Under the pieces are notes generated by a model. That model saw only the letters and a list, made by a program, of their open reading frames with translations, was not told the DNA's origin and did not search any database. A DNA stretch of 64,000 bases from the human T2T-CHM13v2.0 reference genome, Homo sapiens: the NCBI RefSeq assembly GCF_009914755.1, contig NC_060939.1. One strand, 5' to 3'. Made by a program: the position numbers and the translations under genes. Below, piece after piece: positions 44,773 through 62,717 of the stretch. Numbering within the stretch: position 1 is the stretch's first letter; every line of letters begins with the position of its first letter.

Positions 44773-44807
<35 letters not shown>

Positions 44808-44907
44808 GTCTCTCCCTCTCTGTGTGTATCTTTTGTCTTACTCTCCTTCTCTGCCTGTCCGTCTGTCTGTCTGTCTCTCTCTCTCCCTGTCCCTCTCTCT
44901 TTCTGTC

Positions 44908-44948
<41 letters not shown>

Positions 44949-45225
44949 GTCTTTCTCTGTCTGTCCCTTTCTCTGTCTGTCTGCCTCTCTCTTTCTCTTT
45001 CTGTGTCTCTCTGTCTCTCTCTCTGTGCCTATCTTCTGTCTTACTCTCTTTCTCTGCCTGTCTATCTGTCTGTCTCTCTCTGTCTCTCTCCCTGCCTTTC
45101 TGTTTCTCTCTCTCTCCCTCTCTCGCTCTCTCTGTCTTTCTCTCTTTCTCTCTGTTTCTCTGTCTCTCTCTGTCCGTCTCTGTCTTTTTCTGTCTGTCTG
45201 TCTCTCTCTTTCTTTCTGTCGTCTG

Positions 45226-45261
<36 letters not shown>

Positions 45262-45452
45262 TCCTTGTCTCTCTCACTGTGTCTGTCTTCTGTCTTACTC
45301 TCCTTCTCTGCCTGTCCATCTGTCTGTCTGTCTCTCTCTCTCTCTCCCTACCTTTCTGTTTCTCTCTCGCTAGCTCTCTCTCTCTCTGCCTGTTTCTCTC
45401 TTTCTCTCTCTGTCTTTCTCTGTCTGTCTCTTTCTCTGTCTGTCTGTCTCTT

Positions 45453-45497
<45 letters not shown>

Positions 45498-45740
45498 GCC
45501 TCTCTCACTGTGTCTGTCTTCTGTCTTATTCTCTTTCTCTCTCTGTCTCTCTCTCTCTCTCCTTTCCTGTCTGTTTTTCTCTCTCTCTCTCTCTTTCTGC
45601 CTGTTTCTCTCTGTCTGTCTCTGTCTTTCTCTGTCTGTCTGCCTCTCTCTTTCTTTTTCTGCGTCTCTCTGTCTCTCTCTCTCTCTCTCTGTTCCTATCT
45701 TCTGTCTTACTCTGTTTCCTTGCCTGCCTGCCTGTCTGTG

Positions 45741-45780
<40 letters not shown>

Positions 45781-45890
45781 CCTTTCTCTTTCTCTGTCTC
45801 TCTCTCTCTTTCTGGGTGTTTCTCTCTGTCTCTCTGTCCATCTCTGTCTTTCTATGTCTGTCTCTCTCTTTCTCTCTGTCTCTGTCTCTG

Positions 45891-45925
<35 letters not shown>

Positions 45926-46844
45926 GTCTCTCTCACTGTGTGTGTCTGTCTTCTGTCTTACTCTCCTTCTCTGCCTGTCCGTCTGTCTGTCTGTCTCTCC
46001 CTCTCTCTCCCTCCCTTTCTGTTTCTCTCTCTCTCTCTTTCTGTCTGTTTCTCTCTTTCTCTCTCTGTCTGTCTCTTTCTCTGTCTGTCTGTCTCTCTCT
46101 TTCTTTTTCTCTGTCTCTCTGTCTCTCTCTGTGTCTGTCTCTCTGTCTGTGCCTATCTTCTGTCTTACTCTCTTTCTCTGGCTGTCTGCCTGTCTCTCTC
46201 TCTCTCTCTGTCTGTCTCCGTCCCTCTCTCCCTGTCTGTCTGTTTCTCTCTCTGCCTCTCTCTCTCTCTGTCTGTCTCTTTCTCTGTCTGTCTGTCTCTC
46301 TCTTTCTTTTTCTCTGTCTCTCTGTCTCTCTCTGTGTCTGTCTCTCTTTCTGTGCCTATCTTCTGTCTTACTCTCTTTCTCTGGCTGTCTGCCTGTCTCT
46401 CTCTCTCTGCCTGTCTCCGTCCCTCCCTCCCTGTCTGTCTGTTTCTCTCTCTGTCTCTGTCTCTCTGTCCATCTCTGTCTGTCTCTTTCTCTTTCTCTCT
46501 CTCTGTCTCTGTCTCTCTCTCTCTCTGCCTGTCTCTCTCACTGTGTCTGTCTTCTGTCTTACTCTCTTTCTCTGCCTGCCTCTCTGTCTGTCTGTCTCTC
46601 TCCCTCCATGTCTCTCTCTCTCTCTCACTCACTCTCTCTCCGTCTCTCTCTCTTTCTGTCTGTTTCTCTCTCTGTCTGTCTCTCTCCCTCCATGTCTCTC
46701 TCTCTCTCTCTCTCACTCACTCTCTCTCCGTCTCTCTCTCTCTTTCTGTCTGTTTCTCTCTCTGTCTGTCTCTCTCCCTCCATGTCTCTCTCTCTCCCTC
46801 TCACTCACTCTCTCTCCGTCTCTCTCTCTCTTTCTGTCTGTTTC

Positions 46845-46905
<61 letters not shown>

Positions 46906-46938
46906 GTCTTTCTCCCTCCCTGTCTGTCTGTCTGTCTC

Positions 46939-46971
<33 letters not shown>

Positions 46972-47053
46972 TTCTCTTTCTGTCTGTTTCTCTCTATCTC
47001 TCGCTGTCCATCTCTGTCTTTCTATGTCTGTCTCTTTCTCTGTCAGTCTGTCA
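44256..47053 (+). repeat. CT-rich tract of LR2
   Basis: Seen directly. Confidence 0.97.
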
Positions 47054-49469
47054 GACACCCCCGTGCCGGGTAGGGCCCTGCCCCTTCCACGAGAGTGAGA
47101 AGCGCGTGCTTCGGTGCTTAGAGAGGCCGAGAGGAATCTAGACAGGCGGGCCTTGCTGGGCTTCCCCACTCGGTGTACGATTTCGGGAGGTCGAGGCCGG
47201 GTCCCCGCTTGGATGCGAGGGGCATTTTCAGACTTTTCTCTCGGTCACGTGTGGCGTCCGTACTTCTCCTATTTCCCCGATAAGCTCCTCGACTTCAACA
47301 TAAACTGTGAAGGCCGGACGCAACACGGCGAAACCCCGTCTCTACTAAAAATACAAAGCTGAGTCGGGAGCGGTGGGGCAGGCCCCTGTAATGCCAGCTC
47401 CTCGGGAGGCTGAGGCGGGAGAATCGCTTGAACCAGGGAAGCGGAGGCTGCAGGGAGCCGAGATCGCGCCACTGCACTACGGCCCAGGCTGTAGAGTGAG
47501 TGAGACTCGGTCTCTAAATAAATACGGAAATTAATTAATTCATTAATTCTTTTCCCTGCTGACGGACATTTGCAGGCAGGCATCGGTTGTCTTCGGGCAT
47601 CACCTAGCGGCCACTGTTATTGAAAGTCGACGTGACACGGAGGGAGGTCTCGCCGACTTCACCGAGCCTGGGGCAACGGGTTTCTCTCTCTCCCTTCTGG
47701 AGGCCCCTCCCTCTCTCCCTCGTTGCCTAGGGAACCTCGCCTAGGGAACCTCCGCCCTGGCGGGGGCCCTATTGTTCTTTGATCGGCGCTTTACTTTTCT
47801 TTGTGTTTTGGCGCCTAGACTCTTCTACTTGGGCTTTGGGAAGGGTCAGTTTAATTTTCAAGTTGCCCCCCGGCTCCCCCCACTACCCACGTCCCTTCAC
47901 CTTAATTTAGTGAGTCGGTTAGGTGGGTTTCCCCCAAACCGCCCCCCCCCCCCCCGCCTCCCAACACCCTGCTTGGAAACCTTCCAGAGCCACCCCGGTG
48001 TGCCTCCGTCTTCTCTCCCCTTCCCCCACCCCTTGCCGGCGATCTCATTCTTGCCAGGCTGACATTTGCATCGGTGGGCGTCAGGCCTCACTCGGGGGCC
48101 ACCGTTTTTGAAGATGGGGGCGGCACGGTCCCACTTCCCCGGAGGCAGCTTGGGCCGATGGCATAGCCCCTTGACCCGCGTGGGCAAGCGGGCGGGTCTG
48201 CAGTTGTGAGGCTTTTCCCCCCGCTGCTTCCCGCCTCAGGCCTCCCTCCCTAGGAAAGCTTCACCCTGGCTGGGTCTCGGTCACCTTTTATCACGATGTT
48301 TTAGTTTCTCCGCCCTCCGGCCAGCAGAGTTTCACAATGCGAAGGGCGCCACGGCTCTAGTCTGGGCCTTCTCAGTACTTGCCCAAAATAGAAACGCTTT
48401 CTGAAAACTAATAACTTTGCTCACTTAAGATTTCCAGGGACGGCGCCTTGGCCCGTGTTTGTTGGCTTGTTTTGTTTCGTTCTGTTTTGTTTTGTTCGTG
48501 TTTTTCCTTTCTCGTATGTCTTTCTTTTCAGGTGAAGTAGAAATCCCCAGTTTTCAGGAAGACGTCTATTTTCCCCAAGACACGTTAGCTGCCGTTTTTT
48601 CCTGTTGTGAACTAGCGCTTTTGTGACTCTCTCAACGTGCAGTGAGAGCCGGTTGATGTTTACTATCCTTCATCATGACATCTTATTTTCTAGAAATCCG
48701 TAGGCGAATGCTGCTGCTGCTCTTGTTGCTGTTGTTGTTGTTGTTGTTGTCGTCGTTGCTGTTGTCGTTGTCGTTGTTGTTGTCGTTGTCGTTGTTTTCA
48801 AAGTATACCCCGGCCACCGTTTATGGGATCAAAAGCATTATAAAATATGTGTGATTATTTCTTGAGCACGCCCTTCCTCCCCCTCTCTCTGTCTCTCTGT
48901 CTGTCTCTGTCTCTCTCTTTCTCTGTCTGTCTTCTCTCTCTCTCTCTCTCTGTGTCTCTCTCTCTCTGCCTGTCTGTTTCTCTCTCTCTGCCTCTCTCTC
49001 TCTCTCTCTCTCTGCCTGTCTCTCTCACTGTGTCTGTCTTCTGTCTTACTCCCTTTCTCTGTCTGTCTGTCGGTCTCTCTCTCTCTCTCTCCCTGTCTGT
49101 ATGTTTCTCTCTGTCTCTGTCTCTCTCTCTCTTTCTGTTTCTCTCTCTCCGTCTCTGTCTTTCTCTGACTGTCTCTCTCTTTCCTTCTCTCTGTCTCTCT
49201 CTGCCTGTCTCTCTCACTCTGTCTTCTGTCTTACTCTCTCTCTCTGCCTGCCTGTCTCTCTCACTCTCTCTCTCTGTGTGTCTCTCTCTCTCTTTCTGTT
49301 TCTCTCTGTCTCTCTGTCCGTCTCTGTCTTTCTCTGTCTGTCTCTTTGTCTGTCTGTCTTTGTCTTTCCTTCTCTCTGTCTCTGTCTCTCTCACTGTGTC
49401 TGTCTTCTGTCTTAGTCTCTCTCTCTCTCTCTCCCTGTCTGTCTGTCTCTCTCTCTCTCTCCCCCTGTC

Positions 49470-49514
<45 letters not shown>

Positions 49515-49787
49515 TTGTCTTTCTTTCTGTCTCTGTCTCTCTCTCTCTCTCTGTGTGTCTGTCTTCTGTCTTACTGTCTTTCTCTGCCTGTCTGTCTGTC
49601 TGTCTCTCTCTGTCTGTCTCTCTCTCTCTCTCCCCCCTGTCGGCTGTTTCTCTGTCTCTGTCTGTGTCTCTCTTTCTGTCTGTTTCTCTCTGTCTGTCTT
49701 TCTCTCTCTGTCTCTTTCTCTCTGTCTCTCTGTCTGTCTCTGTCTCTCTCTCTGTCTCTCTCTCTCTGTGGGGGGGTGTGTGTGTGT

Positions 49788-49824
<37 letters not shown>

Positions 49825-50075
49825 TGCCTTCTGTCTTACTCTCTTTCTCTGCCTGTCTGTCTGCCTGTCTGTTTGTCTCTCTCTCTCTGCCTGTCTCTCT
49901 CCCTTCCTGTCTGTTTCTCTCTCTTTCTGTTTCTCTCTGTCTCTGTCCATCTCTGTCTTTCTCCGTCTGTCTCTTTATCTGTCTCTCTCCGTCTGTCTCT
50001 TTATCTGTCTCTCTCTCTCTTTCTGTCTTTCTCTCTCTGTGTATCGTTGTCTCTCTCTGTCTGTCTCTGTCTCTG

Positions 50076-50108
<33 letters not shown>

Positions 50109-51451
50109 GTCTGTCTGTCCGTCTGTCTGTCTCGGTCTCTGGCTCTCGCTATCTCCCGCCCTCTCTTTTTTTGCAAAAGAAGCTCAAGTACATCTAATCT
50201 AATCCCTTACCAAGGCCTGAATTCTTCACTTCTGACATCCCAGATTTGATCTCCCTACAGAATGCTGTACAGAACTGGCGAGTTGATTTCTGGACTTGGA
50301 TACCTCATAGAAACTACATATGAATAAAGATCCAATCCTAAAATCTGGGGTGGCTTCTCCCTCGACTGTCTCGAAAAATCGTACCTCTGTTCCCCTAGGA
50401 TGCCGGAAGAGTTTTCTCAATGTGCATCTGCCCGTGTCCTAAGTGATCTGTGACCGAGCCCTGTCCGTCCTGTCTCAAATATGTACGTGCAAACACTTCT
50501 CTCCATTTCCACAACTACCCACGGCCCCTTGTGGAACCACTGGCTCTTTGAAAAAAATCCCAGAAGTGGTTTTGGCTTTTTGGCTAGGAGGCCTAAGCCT
50601 GCTGAGAACTTTCCTGCCCAGGATCCTGTGTGACCAAAAGTGCCTCTGCTGGGAGCTGGGATCCTCGGGACCATGCTTGCTAGCGCTGGATGAGTCTCTG
50701 GAAGGACGCACGGGACTCCGCAAAGCTGACCTGTCCCACCGAGGTCAAATGGATACCTCTGCATTGGCCCGAGGCCTCCGAAGTACATCACCGTCACCAA
50801 CCGTCACCGTCAGCATCCTTGTGAGCCTGCCCAAGGCCCCGCCTCCGGGGAGACTCTTGGGAGCCCGGCCTTCGTCGGCTAAAGTCCAAAGGGATGGTGA
50901 CTTCCACCCACAAGGTCCCCACTGAACGGCGAAGATGTGGAGCGTAGGTCAGAGAGGGGACCAGGAGGGGAGACGTCCCGACAGGCGACGAGTTCCCAAG
51001 GCTCTGGCCACCCCACCCACGCCCCACGCCCCACGTCCCGGGCACCCGCGGGACACCGCCGCTTTATCCCCTCCTCTGTCCACAGCCGGCCCCACCCCAC
51101 CACGCAACCCACGCACACACGCTGGAGGTTCCAAAACCACACGGTGTGACTAGAGCCTGACGGAGCGAGAGCCCATTTCACGAGGTGGGAGGGGTGGGGG
51201 TGGGGTGGGTTGGGGGTTGTGGGGTCTGTGGCGAGCCCGATTCTCCCTCTTGGGTGGCTACAGGCTAGAAATGAATATCGCTTCTTGGGCGGAGGGGCTT
51301 CCTTAGGCCATCACCGCTTGCGGGACTACCTCTCAAACCCTCCCTTGAGGCCACAAAATAGATTCCACCCCACCCATCGACGTTTCCCCCGGGTGCTGGA
51401 TGTATCCTGTCAAGAGACCTGAGCCTGACACCGTCGAATTAAACACCTTGA

Positions 51452-51640
<189 letters not shown>

Positions 51641-51731
51641 TAGACACGGGGTTTCACCCTCTTTCATTGGTTTTCACTGGAGATTCTAGATTCGAGCCAC
51701 ACCTCATTCCGTGCCACAGAGAGACTTCTTT

Positions 51732-54700
51732 TTTTTTTTTTTTTTAAGCGCAACGCAACATGTCTGCCTTATTTGAGTGGCTTCCTATATCATTATAATT
51801 GTGTTATAGATGAAGAAACGGTATTAAACACTGTGCTAATGATAGTGAAAGTGAAGACAAAAGAAAGGCTATCTATTTTGTGGTTAGAATAAAGTTGCTC
51901 AGTATTTAGAGCTACCTAAATACGTCAGCATTTACACTCTTCCTAGTAAAAGCTGGCCAATCTGAATAATCCTCCTTTAAACAAACACAATTTTTGATAG
52001 GGTTAAGATTTTTTTAAGAATGCGACTCCTGCAAAATAGCTGAACAGACGATACACATTTAAAAAAATAACAACACAAGGATCAACCAGACTTGGGAAAA
52101 AATCGAAAACCACACAAGTCTTATGAAGAACTGAGTTCTTAAAATAGGACGGAGAACGTAGCTATCGGAAGAGAAGGCAGTATTGGCAAGTTGATTGTTA
52201 CGTTGGTCAGCAGTAGCTGGCACTATCTTTTTGGCCATCTTTCGGGCAATGTAACTACTACAGCAAAATGAGATATGATCCATGAAACAACATATTCGCA
52301 AATCAAAAAGTGTTTCAGTAATATAATGCTTCAGATTTAGAAGCAAATCAAATGATAGAACTCCACTGCTGTAATAAGTCACCCCAAAGATCACCGTATC
52401 TGACAAAATAACTACCACAGGGTTATGACTTCAGAATCATACTTTCTCTTGATATTTACTTATGTATGTATTTATTTTTTTTAATTTATTTCTCTTGAGA
52501 CGGCGTCTCGCTCTGTCGCCCAGGCTGGAGTGCGATGGTGTGATCTCGGCTCACTGCAACCGCCACCTCCCTGGGTTCAAGCGATTCTCCTGCCTCAGCC
52601 TCCCGAGTAGCTGGGACTACAGGTGCCCGCCACCACGCCCAGCTAATCTTTATACTTTTAATAGAGACGGGGTTTCACCGTGTCGGCCCGGATGGTCTCG
52701 ATCTCTTGACCTCGTGACCCGCCCGCCTCGGCCTCCCAAAGTGCTGGGATGACAGGCGTGAGCCACTGAGCCCGGCCTTCTCTTGACGTTTAAACTATGA
52801 AGTCAGTCCAGAGAAACGCAATAAATGTCAACGGTGAGGATGGTGTTGAGGCAGAAGTAGGACCACACTTTTTCCTATCTTATTCAGTTGATAACAATAT
52901 GACCTAGGTAGTAATTTCCTATGTGCCTACTTATACACGAGTACAAAAGAGTAAAACAGAGAGACTGCTAAATTAAAGGGTACGTGAAGTTCTTCATAGT
53001 AACTCCGTAAACTGGAACACTGTCAAAAAGCAGCAGCTAGTGAATTGTTTCCATGTATTTTTCTATTATCCAATAAGTGAACTATGCTATTCCTTTCCAG
53101 TCTCCCAAGCACTTCTTGTCCCCATCACCACTTCGGTGCTCGAAGAAAAAGTAACAAATCAAGGAACACAACTAAAGAAACACACACACAAACCAAAGAC
53201 AACTACAGCGTCTGCAAAAGTTTGCTAGAAGACTGAAACTGTTGAGTATAAGGATCTGGTATTCTACGATGATCATGAGTTCACTTCAGAGTTTGTTCAA
53301 GACATACGTTTCGTAAGGAAACATCTTAGTTAGAAGTTATTCAGCAGTAGGTACCATCCCTAAGTATTTTTCACCAAATTCGTGACAATAAAGAGCTATC
53401 TAACCAGAAAAATTAGCGAGTACCGGCACCATCCATAGGGCTTTGTCTTTACGCTTCATTAGCACTTACCATGCCTTACAATGTCTAGGATTGACCCTGA
53501 TAGCATTTCGAAAACAAGCTAATGCTTTGTCCAGTTCTTCAGTGAAGACAAGCTCACGCCCTAATGCGCTATAGGCATAAGCATCATTTGGATCCACTTC
53601 GAGAGTTCTCTGGAAGAATTGAATCGCAATATCGTGTTCCCGTTGCAGACCGAAACAGTTCCCTGCAGCACACCAGGCCTCTGGCTGGCGAATTTTTATC
53701 CATGTCTGTGAAGTCTTTGGACAGAACTGAAAGAGCAACCTCTTTCGGAGGATGCCAAAGTGTTGTAGAGTAGATCTCCATGCCTTCGACTCTGTAATTC
53801 TCAATCCTCCTAACCTCTGAGAATTGTCTTTCAGCTTGCGTGGACTCTGAAAGTTTACAATAGGCCCTTCCGATTTGGCACAGTACCCAACCGGTATTGC
53901 AGTGGTGAGAAGCTAGATGGCTCAAGATGCTGATAGCTTCTTTGCCGTGGTAAGAACACAAAGCTAAATAACCTTTCCCCCTTTCACGAAGAAGGCTCAT
54001 CAAGCCTTCCGCTGCTGCTTTTTGTAGATTAAAAGCCTGAATCTGAGGCGCGATTGCGGCTATTTTCCCTTCTGAAATGACGGAAGAGTCCAATTTTGTC
54101 ACTTCCAGGCTATCACTTATGTTCGGTGGAGTTATTGCTCCTTTATTAGTTTTACTTTTGGTTCTTCTGTTTGGGATTTTAGGTGGAAACTTCATTTTTA
54201 ATTTTCTCCTATTCTCCTCGGTTGTGGAGCTGTCACTAGTCAAGAGTCGTGAATTTCTTCGAGGCGGTGCATTTGGGGGAGATGCCATAGTGGGGCTCAA
54301 TACCTGAGGTGTTGCCCTTGTCGGCGGACCAGAACTTTGTGTTTTTGCAAGGACTGGAGTTACCTTTCGGCTCTTTCCCCTCTGCGAGAAGACAGACGGT
54401 GTTCCGGTTTGGCCGATTCTGGCAACAGGCTTTTTTGAAGGGGCTCCGGTGGATGGCACGTCAATGACAGACGGTGTCTCATACCAGTGCAGTTTTGTCA
54501 ATAGGGTCCGTCTCCGGGACTTGGGGTTTCTAATGGCAAAATGCCAACACTTGGGGTTAATGGACTAACAGCTGCTGGTCCTCCTAATAAACTTCGACCA
54601 GTTTTTGGTTTATGTTGAACCTGTTTAGATCATATGGAAGTTCCTGTTCCCAGTGGGACAGTATCAGGTGAAAGGACAGCTGAATCGATAGAAGACACTG

Positions 54701-55526
54701 GGGAGTCTGTATTCAAGGAGTACTTTGAATTGGAAGATTCTAAATTCCATCCGTTTCATTCGACGGTGTCCTGGGGTGTTTCCGTAAGAACGGTCTCGGG
54801 CTGTCTGTGACATAAACTAGGACGAGGTCCAAGTGTTGTGGCGCAACACTTGGACAGGCAGTTGCTAAAGCTCTCTAGAGAGGTGAATCAAAATGTTTGG
54901 TCAGGATCTGGCTTTTCCCCCCTATTTCACATCATGATTCAAAGGGACACCAGAGGAAAGGATTTCAACGAAGGCTCTTTTGGTCACATTCTGATCCTTT
55001 GGTAAGCCGATCTGTCTTGCAATATACATGTCCCGACGATGGAAGGGGAAAGCGAGCTGAATCACCAAACTCAGGAACGATAATATCATCGTGGCTTTTC
55101 TGCTTATGAAACACTCCACCCGATAAGATTTGATCCCCTTCTGCAAGCTTGCTGAGATCAACACAACATTTCGCAAGCAGGCATTTGCATTGCGGGGTAG
55201 TACAACTGTGTCCTTTCAAGAGTCTATATGTTTTATAGGCCTTTCCTGAGCGGTAAGAACAGGTCGCCAGTAAGAACAAGGCTTCTTCTGAGTGTACTTC
55301 TGCATAAAGGCGTTCTGCGGGGGAAACCGCATCTCGGTAGGCATAGTGGTTTAGTGCTTGCCATATAGCAGCCTGGACGGGTCCCTGCAGCACCGCCATC
55401 CTCGAGGCTCAGGCCCACTTTCTGCAGTGCCACAGGCACCCCCCCCCCCATAGCGGCTCCGGCCCGGCCAGCCCCGGCTCATTTAAAGGCACCAGCCGCC
55501 GTTACCGGGGGATGGGGGAGTCCGAG
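51732..55526 (-). pseudogene. CDC27P: CDC27 processed pseudogene, second-unit copy (CDS homology 55399-53470)
   Basis: Identical ORFs at offset +44929. Confidence 0.95.
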
Positions 55527-56051
55527 ACAGAATGACTTCTTTATCCTGCTGACTCTGGAAAGCCCGGCGCCTTGTGATCCATTGCAAACCGAGAGTCACC
55601 TCGTGTTTAGAACACGGATCCACTCCCAAGTTCAGTGGGGGGATGTGAGGGGTGTGGCAGGTAGGACGAAGGACTCTCTTCCTTCTGATTCGGTCTGCAC
55701 AGTGGGGCCTAGGGCTGGAGCTCTCTCCGTGCGGACCGCTGACTCCCTCTACCTTGGGTTCCCTCGGCCCCACCCTGGAACGCCGGGCCTTGGCAGATTC
55801 TGGCCCTTCCTGGCCCTTCAGTCGCTGTCAGAAACCCCATCTCATGCTCGGATGCCCCGAGTGACTGTGGCTCGCACCTCTCCGGAAACATTGGAAATCT
55901 CTCCTCTACGCGCGGCCACCTGAAACCACAGGAGCTCGGGACACACGTGCTTTCGGGAGAGAATGCTGAGAGTCTCTTGCCGACTCTCTCTTGACTTGAG
56001 TTCTTCGTGGGTGCGTGGTTAAGACGTAGTGAGACCAGATGTATTAACTCA

Positions 56052-60714
<4,663 letters not shown>

Positions 60715-62541
60715 TGTTGACTCATTTCGCTTTTTTATTTCTTTCGTTTCCACGCGTTTACTTATATGTATTAATGTAAACGTTTCTGTACGCTTATATG
60801 CAAACAACGACAACGTGTATCTCTGCGTTGAATACTCTTGCGTATGGTAAATACGTATCGGTTGTATGGAAATAGACTTCTGTATGATAGATGTAGGTGT
60901 TTGTGTTATACAAATAAATACACATCGCTCTATAAAGAAGGGATCGTCGATAAAGACGTTTATTTTACGTATGAAAAGCGTCGTATTTATGTGTGTAAAT
61001 GAACGAGCGTACGTAGTTATCTCTGTTTTCTTTCTTCCTCTCCTTCGTGTTTTTCTTCCTTCCTTTCTTCCTTTCTCTCCTTCTTTAGGTTTTTCTTCCT
61101 CTCTTCCTTTCCTTCTTTCTCTCTTTCTGTCCTTTTTTCCTTCGTGCTTTATTTCTCTTTCGTTCCCTGTGTTTCCTTCTTTTTTCTTTCCTCTCTGTTT
61201 CTTTTTCCCTTCTTTCCTTCGTTTCTTTCCTCATTCTTTCTCTCTTTTTCGTGTTTCTTTCCTTTCCGTCTGTCTTTTAAAAAATGGAGTGTTTCAGAAG
61301 TTTACTTTGTGTATCTACGTTTTCTAAATTGTCTCTCTTTTCTCCATTTTCTTCCTCCCTCCCTCCCTCCCTCCCTCCCTGCTCCCTTCCCTCCCTCCTT
61401 CCCTTTCGCCATCTGTCTCTTTTCCCCACTCCCCTCCCCCCGTCTGTCTCTGCGTGGATTCCGGAAGAGCCTACGCATTCTGCCTCTCCGTGTGTCTGCA
61501 GCGACCCGCGACCGAGTCCTTGTGTGTTCTTTCTCCCTCCCTCCCTCCCTCCCTCCCTCCCTCCCTCCCTGCTTCCGAGAGGCATCTCCAAACACCCACG
61601 CGCCGTGGGTTGTCTTCTGACTCTGTCGCGGTCGAGGCAGAGACGCGTTTTGGGCACCGTTTGTGTGGGGTTGGGGCAGAGGGGCTGCGTTTTCGGCCTC
61701 GGGAAGAGCTTCTCGACTCACGGTTTCGCTTTCGCGGTCCACGGGCCGCCCTGCCAGCCGGATCTGTCTCGCTGACGTCCGCGGCGGTTGTCGGGCTCCA
61801 TCTGGCGGCCGCTTTGAGATCGTGCTCTCGGCTTCCGGAGCTGCGGTGGCAGCTGCCGAGGGAGGGGACCGTCCCCGCTGTGAGCTAGGCAGAGCTCCGG
61901 AAAGCCCGCGGTCGTCAGCCCGGCTGGCCCGGTGGCGCCAGAGCTGTGGCGCGTCGCTTGTGAGTCACAGCTCTGGCGTGCAGGTTTATGTGGGGGAGAG
62001 GCTGTCGCTGCGCTTCTGGGCCCGCGGCGGGCGTGGGGCTGCCCGGGCCGGTCGACCAGCGCGCCGTAGCTCCCGAGGCCCGAGCCGCGACCCGCGGGGA
62101 CCCGCCGCGCGTGGCGCGGGAGGCTGGGGACGCCCTTCCCGGCCCGGTCGCGGGTCCGCGCTCATCCTGGCCGTCTGAGGCGGCGGCCGAATTCGTTTCC
62201 GAGTCCCCGTGGGGAGCCGGGGACCGTCCCGCCCCCGTCCCCCGGGTGCCGGGGAGCGGTCCCCGGGCCGGGCCGCGGTCCCTCTGCCGCGATCCTTTCT
62301 GGCGAGTCCCCGTGCGGAGTCGGAGAGCGCTCCCTGAGCGCGCGTGCGGCCCGAGAGGTCGCGCCTGGCCGGCCTTCGGTCCCTCGTGTGTCCCGGTCGT
62401 AGGAGGGGCCGGCCGAAAATGCTTCCGGCTCCCGCTCTGGAGACACGGGCCGGCCCCCTGCGTGTGGCACGGGCGGCCGGGAGGGCGTCCCCGGCCCGGC
62501 GCTGCTCCCGCGTGTGTCCTGGGGTTGACCAGAGGGCCCCG

Positions 62542-62717
62542 GGCGCTCCGTGTGTGGCTGCGATGGTGGCGTTTTTGGGGACAGGTGTCCGTGTCGCGCG
62601 TCGCCTGGGCCGGCGGCGTGGTCGGTGACGCGACCTCCCGGCCCCGGGGGAGGTATATCTTTCGCTCCGAGTCGGCATTTTGGGCCGCCGGGTTATTGCT
62701 GACACGCTGTCCTCTGG
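62542..62717 (+). promoter_or_regulatory. Pol I promoter of the next unit (T0 at 62522, Tsp at 62049, CTCF motif at 61793)
   Basis: Same sequence as 17613-17788. Confidence 0.95.
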
